A stretch of 61,020 nt of DNA from a bacterium (lineage in GTDB: Bacteria; Patescibacteriota; Patescibacteriia; 2-01-FULL-39-33): contig JAKQDP010000054.1 of NCBI GenBank assembly GCA_029558735.1, forward strand, positions 1-61,020, in the 5' to 3' direction. The notes beneath the pieces were generated by a model. The model saw only the letters and a list, made by a program, of their open reading frames with translations, made no database searches and had not been told where the DNA came from. Below are positions 1-10,956 of the stretch, piece after piece. A program made the translations under genes and the position numbers. Positions within the stretch are counted from its first letter, which is position 1. The number at the start of each line of letters is the position of its first letter.

Positions 1-2
1 AC

Positions 3-650
3 TTCATCATACTGTGATTGAATGTGTATCGAATCACCAGTATAATTAAATGTGCCGGAATGATCATGAACACTATCCCAACCACTGCAGTCACCCTGTG
101 TATACCCATCCCCGGCGCCGGCATAATAAGTGGCGGCAAATGCCGGCCGGCCAAAAATAGTTTTGACCTGGTCTAAAATAGTGGCTTTGGTTTGAAGCAA
201 AAAAGCCGTTTTAGTGGTGGTGGCAGTTTCTATCTGATACCAGTCACTGCCGCGCTGATAAAACTGATCGCCACTATAAAACTTCCCGACATAAACAGTT
301 TTGTCCGCGGTCGCTTCCTGGATAAATGCTTGGGAATTATTAGTTCGGCGCGACAAATCTTCCGGCCAACCTTGATAAGTTTGTGGCGGAACTACTTGGT
401 CAGAAACATAAGTGTATTTAATAATTGACTCATTACCGACTGCCTTATCCGAATAATCAGTGTAACGAAGAATCTTGTCCGGCGACGCTTGGAGCCGCTG
501 ATTTATGGGCAATTGATTAACAGCGACAACTTGCTTGTTTTCTTGATAAAAAATGATCATTAACAACACCCCAATCGCCACGCCCAGCCCGGCGACTAGG
601 ATTAACCGGCTATTACTGATTAACCGCTGAAATTTTGATACTTTTTTCAT
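3..650 (-). CDS. hypothetical membrane-anchored protein; 3' end runs off the window (partial)
   Basis: Checked by hand: the frame from ATG (648-650) to the window edge has no in-frame stop. N-terminus MKKVSKFQRLISNSRLILVAGLGVAIGVLLMIIF looks like a signal anchor. It is absent from the ORF track, presumably because no stop lies in the window. The ATG lies 4 nt after the stop of the upstream HTH gene. Confidence 0.55.
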   Translation of the reverse strand, partial: MKKVSKFQRLISNSRLILVAGLGVAIGVLLMIIFYQENKQVVAVNQLPINQRLQASPDKILRYTDYSDKAVGNESIIKYTYVSDQVVPPQTYQGWPEDLSRRTNNSQAFIQEATADKTVYVGKFYSGDQFYQRGSDWYQIETATTTKTAFLLQTKATILDQVKTIFGRPAFAATYYAGAGDGYTQGDCSGWDSVHDHSGTFNYTGDSIHIQSQYDE

Positions 651-653
651 ATT

Positions 654-845
654 TTAATGGCTTTTTTTGCTTATGCGCCGACCATAAACAAAACGAATAA
701 AATCGCGCTCAAAAATTCGGTAAGTTCTTCGACCGACCAAACTTACCGGCAATTCGCCAGAATCTATCCAACGATAAACTGTCTTGCGGGAAACCCCAAG
801 ACGTCTAGCCACCTGTTCCATTGTTAGCAGATCATAATCTGCCAT
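654..845 (-). CDS. small helix-turn-helix DNA-binding protein (excisionase/MerR-like HTH)
   Basis: 63 aa. LTMEQVARRLGVSRKTVYRWIDSGELP is a typical excisionase-family HTH signature. Confidence 0.7.
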   Translation of the reverse strand: MADYDLLTMEQVARRLGVSRKTVYRWIDSGELPVSLVGRRTYRIFERDFIRFVYGRRISKKSH

Positions 846-930
846 ATTTTGGTCAAATATTTATCCACAAGAAGTTGTGAATTCATCTTTATTATATCAA
901 AAAATGTCTGCCTACGTCAATTTATAATAC

Positions 931-990
931 CTAATTTATTCTTATTTCTATTTATAATCTCTTATTTATTCTTATTTCTATTTATGTCCT
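931..990. repeat. 2 x 30 bp tandem direct repeat in an AT-rich intergenic region
   Basis: 931-960 and 961-990 align at a 30-nt offset and share the core ATTTATTCTTATTTCTATTTAT, about 25/30 identical. They lie upstream of the HTH gene. Confidence 0.8.
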
Positions 991-1155
991 ATTAAGTCTC
1001 ATATATTAACAAAGTATAATCTAAATTTAGCTATTTTTTATAAAATTAAAAACCTACCTATTTATCAACCCCTTATTTAGCCCGAAAAAGACCATTTATA
1101 CCCACCCCCTATCAAATCCTGCCCACCAATTTTAACAACGCTATTTTTTCCCACT

Positions 1156-1184
1156 AAAAAAAGCGGGGTTTTCCCGCTTTTTTT
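1156..1184 (-). terminator. intrinsic terminator downstream of rpoC (symmetric A/T flanks)
   Basis: AAAAAAGCGGGGTTTTCCCGCTTTTTTT: GC stem with flanking A and T runs. Confidence 0.75.
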
Positions 1185-1225
1185 ATAAATCCTCACTTAT
1201 TGATCAGTCGGCGATAACCGACTAT

Positions 1226-4200
1226 TTATTTTTTTCGCGCCTTATGAAAGCCGGTGCCAGCCGGTATTAATCGGCCAATAATAATATTTTCTTTGAGGCC
1301 GGATAAATCATCAGCTTTGCCGGTCATGGCGGCGTCGATTAAAACCTTGGCCGTTTCCTGAAACGAAGCCGCCGCCAACCAGCTCCTGGTAGACAAAGAC
1401 ACTTTTGTGATGCCCAGTAATAATCGTTCAAATTCAGCCAATTGTTTTTTGTCTTTTTTGAGTTGTCGATTGGCCTCCATCACATCAACATATTCCACCA
1501 CCTCACCGGGCATAAAATCACTGTCGCCGGATTCCTTAATATAAACCTTGGAAAAAATCTGACGGACGATTACCTCCACATGCTTGTCGTTAAGTTTTTG
1601 ACCCTGCGAGGAATAAATATGCTGAATTTCCCGCATGATATATTTCTGGGTAAACTCCTGACCCTTAAGACGATAAATTTGATGCAAATCCAGACTGCCT
1701 TCAGTTAGTTGGTCGCCGATTTCCACTTTATCGCCGTCTTTAATCATTAATGATCGAACACTGGGTACGATAAATTCTTTAATCGCCAATTCCTGACCAA
1801 TCAACAAAACGCCGTCTTTTTCGATTTTGACCTGGCCGTCAATATTGCTAACGGCTTTTTCCTCGCTGCCGACAGTAAACAACACCTGGCCGACTTTCAC
1901 TGCCTGGCCGTCTTTCACCGCCAGCTTGACCTCCTGTTTGCCACCGGGAAAATTGATTTTATTTTTAGCTTCCTGGTCATAGGCAATCTCCAGTATCCGT
2001 TGTTTGCCTGAAGTAATAATTGTTTTACCCGACTGGTCTTTGATTTCGCGCTTGCCTTCTTTAATGTGGGCCACTCCGGCCACATCAGCCACAATCGCCT
2101 TGATCTTGGGGGAACGCGCCTCAAAAATTTCCTCCACTCGCGGCAAACCCTGAGTAATATCGCCTTCCGAGGCCACGCCACCAGTATGGAAAGTTCTCAT
2201 CGTCAATTGAGTGCCGGGTTCGCCGACGCTTTGGGCGGCAATAATGCCGACCGCCGTGCCGATTTTGACCGGCTGATTATAAGCCAAATCATAGCCATAA
2301 CATTTTTGACACACCCCTCTGATATTCTTACAAGTCAAAGCCGACCGAATCACCGCCTGAGCGATGTCCGCTTCTTTTAATTTTTGACCAACTTCTTCGG
2401 TAATAATTTCTCCGGCCGCAACCAGTACTTTGCCATTTTGGGGATGAGTAATATCCTGAGCGGCATACCGGCCAATAATTCGGTCAACCAAATTCTCACC
2501 CATAATCTCGCTTTCCTCTTTAGTAACCAATAGGCCTTCTTTGTCTTTACAATCTTCCGCGTTAACCACCATATCTTGAGCCACATCAACCAACCGCCTA
2601 GTCAAATAACCGGCCGAGGAAGTTCTGAGCGCCGTATCGGTCAAGCCTTTGCGGGCGCCATGAGTGGAAATGAAGAATTCCAAGACATCAAACCCTTTTT
2701 TGAAATTACCTTTGACCGGCAATTCAATAACCTCATAAGCCGGGTTGACTACCGGCCCCTTCATCCCGATCATTTGGCTCAATTGCCCCCACGAACCGCG
2801 AGCGCCGGAATCAATCATTGATAAGACTGAATTGCCTTCCTCTAATGCCCCCTTGACCCGACTGAGAATCTCATTATTAATACCTAGCCACATTTCCACG
2901 ATTTTTTCGTGACGCTCATCATCGGTCAATAGACCAATTTGATATTGTTGTTCAATGGAATCCAGTTCTTGATTGCCCTTGGCCACCAATTCCTCGCGGC
3001 CGGCCACGTTTTTCAAATCATCCATCCCCAGCGATTGAGCCGAATTGGTCAAATATTTAAAACCCAATACTTTTAGATTGTCCAACAAGTCAACGGTAGT
3101 TTCCGGACCGAATTGACGGAGAATATCACCCAAAATTCTACCCAACTCTTTTTTGCCAACCCGATAGTTGATAAACTGATAATCTGGCGGCAAAATTGAA
3201 TTGAATAAAATCGCGCCTAAAGTCGTTTCCAATAATTCTTCCTGACTCTTGGGAGATTTCTTAAATAAAATTTTAATTTTATCCTGAATCCCGATTAGTC
3301 CGCGATCTTTAGCCAAAAAAGCCTCATTAACCGAAGCAAAATATTTAATCGCCGCTGGCTCTTTGACGGTGGTCAGATAATAACAACCCCAGACAATGTC
3401 TTGGTTGGGGGTGACAATCGGCTGGCCGTGCGCCGGCTTGAGCAAATTATGCCGCGACAACATCAATTCTGCCGCTTCCTTAACTGCGCCGGCAGTTAAC
3501 GGCACATGAACCGCCATTTGGTCGCCGTCAAAATCGGCGTTAAAAGCGCTACAGACTAATGGATGAATTTGAATCGCCTTGCCTTCAATTAATATCGGCT
3601 TGAAGGCCTGAATGCCCAATCGATGCAGAGTGGGAGCCCGATTTAATAACACGTAAGCGCCCTTAACCACTTCCTCCAAGATATCCCAAATATCATCATG
3701 GCCGGCTTCAATATAACGATTGGCGCTCCGAACATTATGGACCGTGCCTCGCTTGATCAACTTGGAAATAATAAATGGCTTAAATAATTCCAACGCCATG
3801 ATCTTGGGCAAACCGCATTCATCAATTTTTAGTTGCGGACCGACCACAATCACGCTCCGGCCAGAATAGTCGATCCGTTTACCCAACAAGTTCTGTCGAA
3901 AGCGTCCTTGTTTGCCCTTGAGCATATCAGCGATACTTTTGAGCATCCGTTTTTGGCCGGTCGAAGCCACTACTGTCTTGCCATGGCGAGCATTATTGTC
4001 AATTAAAGCGTCAACCGCCTCTTGGAGCATCCGTTTTTCATTTCGAGTAATCACTTCCGGCGCGTTCAAATCCAATAACTGTTTGAGCCGATTATTGCGA
4101 TTAATGACTCGACGATACAAATCATTCAAATCAGAGGTGGCAAACCGGCCGCCATCTAATGGCACCATTGGCCGCAAATCCGGCGGAATCACCGGCACGG

Positions 4201-5116
4201 TTGTCAAAATCATCCATTCGGGCCGAATATTATTTTTGATCAATTGATTAAAAAATTTGGCTCGCCGAATCAGCTTGTCCCGTTTGGCGCCAGTCGCGCT
4301 TTCAATTTGGCTCTCCAATTCCTTAACTGTTTTATCCAGATCAATATTGGCCAACAACTCGCGAACCGACTCGGCGCCGGTATTAGCCTCAAAAACATGG
4401 CCATATTTCAGAGACAGGTCATGAAAGGTGTGCTCAGAAATAATTTTCAACGGTTTCAAATCCTTTATCTCGCTTTCGGCAAAAGTCATGGTGTTTTCCA
4501 ATTCACCCAATTTTTCTTCTTTGTGCCGAATGATCTCCACTATGGCCGGATCGCTATCCTTAGCCTCTTTGTTGTCGGCTTTATATTTTTCTATCTTACG
4601 ATTATAATCATTTTCAATTTGCTTGCGATATTGCTTGTATTCAGTCTTGATTTGTTCCAGAGTTTGCTTCTTTAATTCCTCATTGACTTTGGTAATAATA
4701 AAGCTGGCAAAATAAACCACCTTCTCCAAAGACTGAACCGACAAATCCAAGGCCAGACCGATTCGCGAGGGAACACCCCGCAAAAACCAAATATGCGACA
4801 CCGGCGCCGCCAGATCAATATGCCCCATTCGTTCCCGCCGGACAATCGACCTGGTCACTTCAACACCACACTTGTCGCAGACAATGCCTTTGTATCTGAT
4901 TTTTTTATATTTGCCACAATAGCACTCCCAATCTTTGACCGGCCCAAAAATACGTTCACAAAACAACCCGTCTTTCTCCGGTTTTTGGGTACGATAATTG
5001 ATCGTCTCCGGCTTAGTCACCTCGCCATGAGACCAATTATGAATATCATCAGGAGAGGCCAACCGTAATCTGATCACCTCAAACTGCAGATTATTTGTCT
5101 CTTGATTGAAAGCCAT
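1226..5116 (-). CDS. rpoC: DNA-directed RNA polymerase subunit beta'
   Basis: 1296 aa. Zinc motif CYCGKYKKIRYKGIVCDKCGVEV and catalytic NADFDGDQMAVH. Confidence 0.97.
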   Translation of the reverse strand: MAFNQETNNLQFEVIRLRLASPDDIHNWSHGEVTKPETINYRTQKPEKDGLFCERIFGPVKDWECYCGKYKKIRYKGIVCDKCGVEVTRSIVRRERMGHIDLAAPVSHIWFLRGVPSRIGLALDLSVQSLEKVVYFASFIITKVNEELKKQTLEQIKTEYKQYRKQIENDYNRKIEKYKADNKEAKDSDPAIVEIIRHKEEKLGELENTMTFAESEIKDLKPLKIISEHTFHDLSLKYGHVFEANTGAESVRELLANIDLDKTVKELESQIESATGAKRDKLIRRAKFFNQLIKNNIRPEWMILTTVPVIPPDLRPMVPLDGGRFATSDLNDLYRRVINRNNRLKQLLDLNAPEVITRNEKRMLQEAVDALIDNNARHGKTVVASTGQKRMLKSIADMLKGKQGRFRQNLLGKRIDYSGRSVIVVGPQLKIDECGLPKIMALELFKPFIISKLIKRGTVHNVRSANRYIEAGHDDIWDILEEVVKGAYVLLNRAPTLHRLGIQAFKPILIEGKAIQIHPLVCSAFNADFDGDQMAVHVPLTAGAVKEAAELMLSRHNLLKPAHGQPIVTPNQDIVWGCYYLTTVKEPAAIKYFASVNEAFLAKDRGLIGIQDKIKILFKKSPKSQEELLETTLGAILFNSILPPDYQFINYRVGKKELGRILGDILRQFGPETTVDLLDNLKVLGFKYLTNSAQSLGMDDLKNVAGREELVAKGNQELDSIEQQYQIGLLTDDERHEKIVEMWLGINNEILSRVKGALEEGNSVLSMIDSGARGSWGQLSQMIGMKGPVVNPAYEVIELPVKGNFKKGFDVLEFFISTHGARKGLTDTALRTSSAGYLTRRLVDVAQDMVVNAEDCKDKEGLLVTKEESEIMGENLVDRIIGRYAAQDITHPQNGKVLVAAGEIITEEVGQKLKEADIAQAVIRSALTCKNIRGVCQKCYGYDLAYNQPVKIGTAVGIIAAQSVGEPGTQLTMRTFHTGGVASEGDITQGLPRVEEIFEARSPKIKAIVADVAGVAHIKEGKREIKDQSGKTIITSGKQRILEIAYDQEAKNKINFPGGKQEVKLAVKDGQAVKVGQVLFTVGSEEKAVSNIDGQVKIEKDGVLLIGQELAIKEFIVPSVRSLMIKDGDKVEIGDQLTEGSLDLHQIYRLKGQEFTQKYIMREIQHIYSSQGQKLNDKHVEVIVRQIFSKVYIKESGDSDFMPGEVVEYVDVMEANRQLKKDKKQLAEFERLLLGITKVSLSTRSWLAAASFQETAKVLIDAAMTGKADDLSGLKENIIIGRLIPAGTGFHKARKK

Positions 5117-5150
5117 ATCTAAAAATTAATTTATCGGATTTATTAATTAA

Positions 5151-8100
5151 TTAATCTTCCTTGATTTTTTCTTCCCCAATAGAATTATCAACCAATTGGC
5201 CGTTCTCATCGAGTAACTCCACATTCAACGACAAACCTTTGAGCTCGCGGACCAACACATTAAAGCTTTCGGGAATATTCAAATTATTAATCGGTTCGCC
5301 TTTGATAATTGATTCATAGGTCTTGGATCGGCCAACCACATCATCCGATTTGATGGTCAACACTTCCTGCAAAGTATGGGCGGCGCCATAAGCTTCCAGC
5401 GCCCAGACTTCCATTTCACCAAAACGTTGACCGCCGAATTGGGCCTTGCCGCCGAGCGGCTGCTGGGTAATCAAAGAGTAGGGCCCAATTGACCGTTGAT
5501 GAATTTTATCTTCCACCAAATGATTCAATTTCAGCATATAAATATAACCAACCGTGCTCTGCTTATCAAATGGCTCGCCACTGCGACCGTCATAAAGCTG
5601 AATCCGGCCATCGCGATTAAAACCGGCCTCTGCCAATTGGTCACGAATAATCTCTTCATTAATACCATTAAATACCGGGGTGACCGCTTTATAGCCCAAA
5701 GTCTTGGCGGCTAAACCCAGGTGAGTCTCCAAAACTTGGCCTAAATTCATCCGCGACACCACGCCTAACGGCGACAAAATAATATCCACTGGCCTGCCGT
5801 CAGCCAAATGAGGCAGGTCTTCCACCGGCACCACTCGAGAAATTACTCCCTTATTGCCGTGGCGGCCGGCCATTTTATCACCAATTTGAATTTTTCGCAA
5901 AGAAGCAACTGTCACTTGAATCATCTTAATCATGCCCGAAGACAATTTATCGCCGTTTTCGCGGGAAAAGATTTTAATATCAATCACTTTGCCGGACGAG
6001 CCATGCTCCAAGTACAATGAAGAATCGCGGACATCTCTGGCTTTTTCGCCAAAAATAGCGCGCAATAATTTCTCTTCCGCCGATAACTCCGTCTCTCCCT
6101 TGGGAGTGATTTTACCCACCAAAATATCACCCGAGCGGACATTAGCGCCGATTCTGACAATGCCCTCTTCATCCAGATCTTTTAATTTCTCTTCGGAGAC
6201 ATTGGGAATGTCGGAAGTCACCACCTCCGGTCCCAATTTGGTCTCGCGAACTTCGCAAACATAATTTTCAATATGAATGGAAGAATAGCGATCTTGCTGA
6301 ATTAACCGCTCGGAAACAATAATTGCGTCTTCATAGTTGTAGCCCTGCCAAGGCATAAAAGCGACCAAAATATTCTTACCCAGGGCCAATTCGCCACGGT
6401 CAGTCGCCGGACCGTCGGCAAGCACTTCTCCTGACTTAACTTGTTGTCCTTTTTTGACAATTGGCGTCTGATTGATGCAGGTAGAATTATTAGACCGGAC
6501 AAATTTATTCAATCGATAAACATCAATTTTTTTATCTTTATTTAAAACTTCTATTTTATCACCGCTTAAACCAATCACTTCGCCGCCTTCGCGGGCAATA
6601 ATCAAATGGCCGGAATTATAAGCGGCTTTGCGTTCCACGCCAGTGCCGACTAGGGGCGCTTCCGGATTGATACAAGAGACGGCTTGACGTTGCATATTGG
6701 TGCCCATTAGGGCCCGCACCGCGTCATCATGCTCCAAAAACGGAATTAATGATGTGGCTACCGATACAATTTGATTGGGAGCGACATCCATGTAATCAAC
6801 ATTTTCCACATTAATAATGGTCGGATTTAATTTGACCCGGGCGCCAATTTTTTCGTCAATAAAATAGCCCTGCTCGTCAATCCGCGTGGTAAACGGCGTT
6901 GTCGTCATCTGGCTTTCTTCAAAAGCGTCCAAATAAACAATCTCACTGGTTACCCGAGCCCGGTTCCCTTCCTTAACCACCTTATAATATGGCGTCTCAA
7001 TAAAACCATAATCATTAACTTTGGCAAAAGAGGATAAATGTCCAACCAAGCCAATATTCGGACCTTCCGGCGTGGCAATCGGACAAATGCGGCCATAGTG
7101 AGTCTGGTGGACATCACGAACTTCAAAGCCGGCTCGATCGCGGGATAAACCGCCCGGGCCCATGGCTGACAACCGCCGCTTATGCTCCAATTCCGCCAGT
7201 GGATTGACCTGGTCCATAAATTGCGACAATTGACTGGACATAAAAAACTCTTTAACGGCGCTGATAACGGGCCGGGCATTAATCAATTTGCCTGGTGTTA
7301 AATTGGTGATATCCAGAGTGCTCATCCGATCCTTAATAATTCGCTCCATTCGAGCCAAACCGATCCGGAATTTATTTTGGACCAATTCACCCACCGCGCG
7401 AATCCGACGATTACCCAAGTGATCAATATCGTCAGCTTCTTCCTGGCTATTGTTGTATTTAATTATTTTCCTCAAAATATTAACAATGTCCTCTTTTAGC
7501 AATACTCTGGTCTCTTTATTAATCGGCAAATCCTGACCAAAACGCTGATTGAGCTTATAACGACCGACCCGATCAAAATCATAGCGGGAAAAATTGAAAA
7601 ACATATTATCAATCAACTGTTTGGCATTATCCGGAGTGGCCAAATCGCCTGGCCGAATTCTTTTATAAACTTCAATCAATCCTTCCGCTTCATTTTTGGA
7701 CACATCTTTATTAATGGTCGCTTCAATATATTTTCGGTTGGGGTCAGTATCAATATCCCTGAATAATTCCCTAATTTCATCATTGTTGGAATAACCAAAC
7801 GCCCGCAGCAACGCGGTCGCCGCCACTTTTCGTTTGCGGTCAATCTTGACCCAAATAACATTGTTATTGTCGGTTTCAAATTCCAACCACGAACCGCGGT
7901 TAGGAATTACTTTAGCACCATAAAGATCGCGACCAATTCCCGGCTGACTAGTAAAAAAAACACCAGCCGATCTGATTAGCTGGGAAACCACTACCCGTTC
8001 AATGCCATTAATAACAAAAGTGCCGCGGTCGGTCATCACCGGAAAATCACCCAAATAAATTTCTTGCTCAATTTCTTGGCTGGTCTTTTTATTCACCAAT

Positions 8101-8399
8101 TTAACACTGACTCTGAGCGGCGCCTCATAAGTGATATTCTTCTCCCGACTGGTTACCTCGTCGAATTTCGGTTCATCCAAAAAAAATTCGCCAAAAGACA
8201 ACTCTAAATCGCGACCGATAAAATCGACAATCGGCGAAATTTCTTCAAACAACTCTTTTAATCCCTCTTGCCAAAACCACTGATAAGCTTTTTTCTGTAA
8301 TTCAATTAAATCCGGCAAATCCACCATCTGACCGATATTAGAGAAGCTTTTGCGGTCTCCAAAATTAACTAAATTGTTTTTTTTATTGTTTTGAGACAT
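5151..8399 (-). CDS. rpoB: DNA-directed RNA polymerase subunit beta
   Basis: 1082 aa with conserved [15 protein letters not shown] and [19 protein letters not shown]. Sits immediately upstream of rpoC. Confidence 0.97.
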   Translation of the reverse strand: MSQNNKKNNLVNFGDRKSFSNIGQMVDLPDLIELQKKAYQWFWQEGLKELFEEISPIVDFIGRDLELSFGEFFLDEPKFDEVTSREKNITYEAPLRVSVKLVNKKTSQEIEQEIYLGDFPVMTDRGTFVINGIERVVVSQLIRSAGVFFTSQPGIGRDLYGAKVIPNRGSWLEFETDNNNVIWVKIDRKRKVAATALLRAFGYSNNDEIRELFRDIDTDPNRKYIEATINKDVSKNEAEGLIEVYKRIRPGDLATPDNAKQLIDNMFFNFSRYDFDRVGRYKLNQRFGQDLPINKETRVLLKEDIVNILRKIIKYNNSQEEADDIDHLGNRRIRAVGELVQNKFRIGLARMERIIKDRMSTLDITNLTPGKLINARPVISAVKEFFMSSQLSQFMDQVNPLAELEHKRRLSAMGPGGLSRDRAGFEVRDVHQTHYGRICPIATPEGPNIGLVGHLSSFAKVNDYGFIETPYYKVVKEGNRARVTSEIVYLDAFEESQMTTTPFTTRIDEQGYFIDEKIGARVKLNPTIINVENVDYMDVAPNQIVSVATSLIPFLEHDDAVRALMGTNMQRQAVSCINPEAPLVGTGVERKAAYNSGHLIIAREGGEVIGLSGDKIEVLNKDKKIDVYRLNKFVRSNNSTCINQTPIVKKGQQVKSGEVLADGPATDRGELALGKNILVAFMPWQGYNYEDAIIVSERLIQQDRYSSIHIENYVCEVRETKLGPEVVTSDIPNVSEEKLKDLDEEGIVRIGANVRSGDILVGKITPKGETELSAEEKLLRAIFGEKARDVRDSSLYLEHGSSGKVIDIKIFSRENGDKLSSGMIKMIQVTVASLRKIQIGDKMAGRHGNKGVISRVVPVEDLPHLADGRPVDIILSPLGVVSRMNLGQVLETHLGLAAKTLGYKAVTPVFNGINEEIIRDQLAEAGFNRDGRIQLYDGRSGEPFDKQSTVGYIYMLKLNHLVEDKIHQRSIGPYSLITQQPLGGKAQFGGQRFGEMEVWALEAYGAAHTLQEVLTIKSDDVVGRSKTYESIIKGEPINNLNIPESFNVLVRELKGLSLNVELLDENGQLVDNSIGEEKIKED

Positions 8400-8680
8400 A
8401 AAAAACTCTCACCTCTCCTTTATTTCTCGCTTATTTCAGGCTCGGCGAGAAAACAGAGATGAGTTTTATTTAATAAAATTAATTGTGGTTTTTTTGGACA
8501 CTGGATACTTAAAGGCTAATTTATAATGCCTCTACCCCTGATTATGACTTAGGGGGTTAGCCACAGTTCACAAAATGCTCCAGATTTGTTGGGTTTTTGT
8601 AGATAATCTTATATTAACACAAATAATCCAAAAAAGTCAAGAGATAAAAATACATTTAACAGACGAACCTTAGCACAAAA

Positions 8681-8712
8681 AAATAAAACAATCAAGTCTT
8701 GATTGTTTTTTA
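8681..8712 (-). terminator. hairpin terminator downstream of the Mur ligase gene
   Basis: AACAATCAAG/CTTGATTGTT perfect 10-nt inverted repeat (8687-8707) with A/T runs on both sides. Confidence 0.5.
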
Positions 8713-8869
8713 TTTAATTTTAGATAAAAAATAATTTTAAAATTAAAAAAATAAACCATTCTTCCATCAAATAAATAACTTTGACCGGCCCTCAAAACCA
8801 TAAAATCTAAATATTGATTTAACAACTTATCCACAGATAAACTATTAACCTCCAAAATAATTCCAAAAT

Positions 8870-10210
8870 TTACTTATTTATCTGGTTTTTCTGGGCAAGC
8901 CTTGACCTGATTTCCTCCCGAACCACTTGACGCTCGTCCCAAGGTATTTTCTTGCCGCCAGCCACACAAATGGCTTGTTCGCAGCCTTTACCGGTTAATA
9001 ACACCAGATCGCCGGCCCCGGCCAAATTCAGTGCCTTAATAATCGCCTCCCGCCGTTCCCAAATCTTAAACAAATTTTTATCCAAAGTTTTCCCAACAGC
9101 CAAAGCGCCGTCGGCCACCGCGTCAATAATTTCCACCGGGTCATCGTCATAAGGATCTTCATTGGTAACAATAACATAATCCGCCCGATCACCGGCCAAG
9201 CGGCCCAACACCGGCCGACGACTTTTATCGCGGCCGCCGCCGCAGGAACCCAATACCTGAATAATTTTTTGATTCGGACCGACCAGCTGATGGTCGCTAA
9301 TAGTCTGATAAAGCTGACGCAAGCTTTCCGGCTCCGGCGCATAATCAACCATGACTTGAAAGTTCTGCCCCTCCTCAATAAATTCCAAGCGACCGGGAAT
9401 ACCTTCAGTTGCCTTTAACGCTCGCTGACAAACCGCCCAATCAATTCCCTGGGAACGAGCCGCGCTGATTGCCGCCAAACTGTTATAAATATTGAATCGC
9501 CCCAAGAGCGGCGCCACAAACCGATTGCCAGCCAGCTCAAAAGAAACACCGTCACTGGTGAATTTTATTTCTTCCGCCCTTAAATCCAAAATACTGTTGC
9601 CGAGGCCAAAACTAATTTTTTGGTCAGCGGGAAAAGCCAAGAATTCTTGACTGTATTGGTCATCGCCATTAACAATAATCGTTTTGGTAATTTTCCGACC
9701 GTCCAATTGTTTTTTCCGGCTGCGACCAATTTTGGCAAATAACTTCAGCTTGGCTTGTTTATATTGATCAAAACTGCCGTGCGCTTCCAAATGCTCTGGC
9801 GTCAAATTAGTAAAAATCGCTACGTCATAGTTAATGCCCCAATGCCGATGTTGTTTGATCCCCTCCGACGAAGTTTCAACCACTGCATACTGACAGCCGG
9901 CTTTCAGCATTTGCTTGAGTATTTTTTGTAAGGCCAGGCGGCCCAGCATGGTCATTTTCTGGTCGTTGAGCCATTCTCTGTCGGCGATTTTAAACATCGC
10001 CGTAGAAGTGGCGCCAACTTTATACCCGGCTGCTTCCAAAATCTTGGCGATCAACCAGACTGTGCTGGATTTGCCATTAGTGCCGGTAACGCCAATCACT
10101 ATCATTTTTTCCGATGGCCGACCGTAAAGCCAGTTAGCCGCTATCGCCATTACTTGGTGATAGCGATTTAAAGCGCCCGGGGGAATAATTTTTTTTAACC
10201 GCGATTTCAT
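8870..10210 (-). CDS. murE: Mur ligase family protein, MurE-like (UDP-MurNAc-tripeptide synthetase)
   Basis: 446 aa. P-loop GVTGTNGKSST, Mur ligase middle and C-terminal domain pattern (TNLTPEHLEAHG, DYAPEP). Short N-terminus, so substrate specificity is not resolvable by eye. Confidence 0.7.
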   Translation of the reverse strand: MKSRLKKIIPPGALNRYHQVMAIAANWLYGRPSEKMIVIGVTGTNGKSSTVWLIAKILEAAGYKVGATSTAMFKIADREWLNDQKMTMLGRLALQKILKQMLKAGCQYAVVETSSEGIKQHRHWGINYDVAIFTNLTPEHLEAHGSFDQYKQAKLKLFAKIGRSRKKQLDGRKITKTIIVNGDDQYSQEFLAFPADQKISFGLGNSILDLRAEEIKFTSDGVSFELAGNRFVAPLLGRFNIYNSLAAISAARSQGIDWAVCQRALKATEGIPGRLEFIEEGQNFQVMVDYAPEPESLRQLYQTISDHQLVGPNQKIIQVLGSCGGGRDKSRRPVLGRLAGDRADYVIVTNEDPYDDDPVEIIDAVADGALAVGKTLDKNLFKIWERREAIIKALNLAGAGDLVLLTGKGCEQAICVAGGKKIPWDERQVVREEIRSRLAQKNQINK

Positions 10211-10222
10211 TTTTGATAAAAA

Positions 10223-10813
10223 TTATTTTTTTGACCCGGCCAAATACTTCAGAGCTTCTTTGATTTTTTCATCCGACTCCTGGCTCTGACATTTAGCCAA
10301 AGCGTCCCGGGCCTGGCTGGCGCCATAACCCAAGCCGACTAGAGCCTCTAAAGCATCGCCGAAATCTTCCGACCAGGTGACCGGACTGTCGCTCGCTAGC
10401 GCTCCCAATTTGTCTTTTAAGCCGGTGACAATTTTCTCCGCCGTCTTCGGGCCAATGCCGGAAATCGTATTCAATGCCGCGGCGCTGCCACTCTGAGCCG
10501 CCGCCCGCAAATCTTCAATCTTAGCTTTCTGCAGAATACCCAAAGCGCTTTTGGGTCCGACACCGGAAATGGAAATCAGCAGTTCGAAAAAATTCAATTC
10601 CGGCGAGGTTTTAAAACCATACAAATCCAACACAGTTTCTGCTACCTGAGTATAAATGTAAAGCTCCAATTCATCGCCGATTTTGATTTCATTTATTAGT
10701 TTATCCAACACAAACACTTTATAGCCGACGCCATTAACATCAATCACCACGAAATTATCTTTCTTGGGAATAACGCTCTTGTGTTTAATTTGCCCCCGCA
10801 GATAGCTAATCAT
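10223..10813 (-). CDS. ruvA: Holliday junction branch migration complex subunit RuvA
   Basis: 196 aa. MISYLRGQI start, HhH motifs ISGVGPKSALGIL and ISGIGPKTAEKI. Confidence 0.9.
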   Translation of the reverse strand: MISYLRGQIKHKSVIPKKDNFVVIDVNGVGYKVFVLDKLINEIKIGDELELYIYTQVAETVLDLYGFKTSPELNFFELLISISGVGPKSALGILQKAKIEDLRAAAQSGSAAALNTISGIGPKTAEKIVTGLKDKLGALASDSPVTWSEDFGDALEALVGLGYGASQARDALAKCQSQESDEKIKEALKYLAGSKK

Positions 10814-10821
10814 TAAAAAAT

Positions 10822-10950
10822 AATTGTTAAATTGTTATATTGTCCGCCACCCTGTCTGCCCTGCCTACCGGCAGGCAGGCGGTAGGCGCCGCGACAGATT
10901 GTTAAATACCAGCACATTTTGAGTTACAAGTTACGAGTTTAGTTACCGTT
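10822..10950. repeat. modular word-like intergenic repeat block
   Basis: TAAATTGTTATATTGTCCGCC (10828-10848) is identical to 16442-16462. It is followed by the GC hairpin GCCTACCG..CGGTAGGC and then CAAGTTACGAGTT words also present at 16541-16575. Confidence 0.7.
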
Positions 10951-10956
10951 TACTGA

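Noticed and set aside
192-428. 78-aa plus-strand ORF at the window start.
   Set aside because: It is antisense to a longer open minus-strand frame (3-650) that has a start codon coupled to the upstream gene and a plausible signal anchor.
1442-8399. Many 60-143-aa ORFs inside rpoC and rpoB on either strand, for example 1442-1708, 3912-4675, 5932-6264 and 6950-7279.
   Set aside because: They are fully nested in, or antisense to, two unambiguous highly conserved genes. They are low-complexity and have no SD or promoter signals, so they are frame artefacts.
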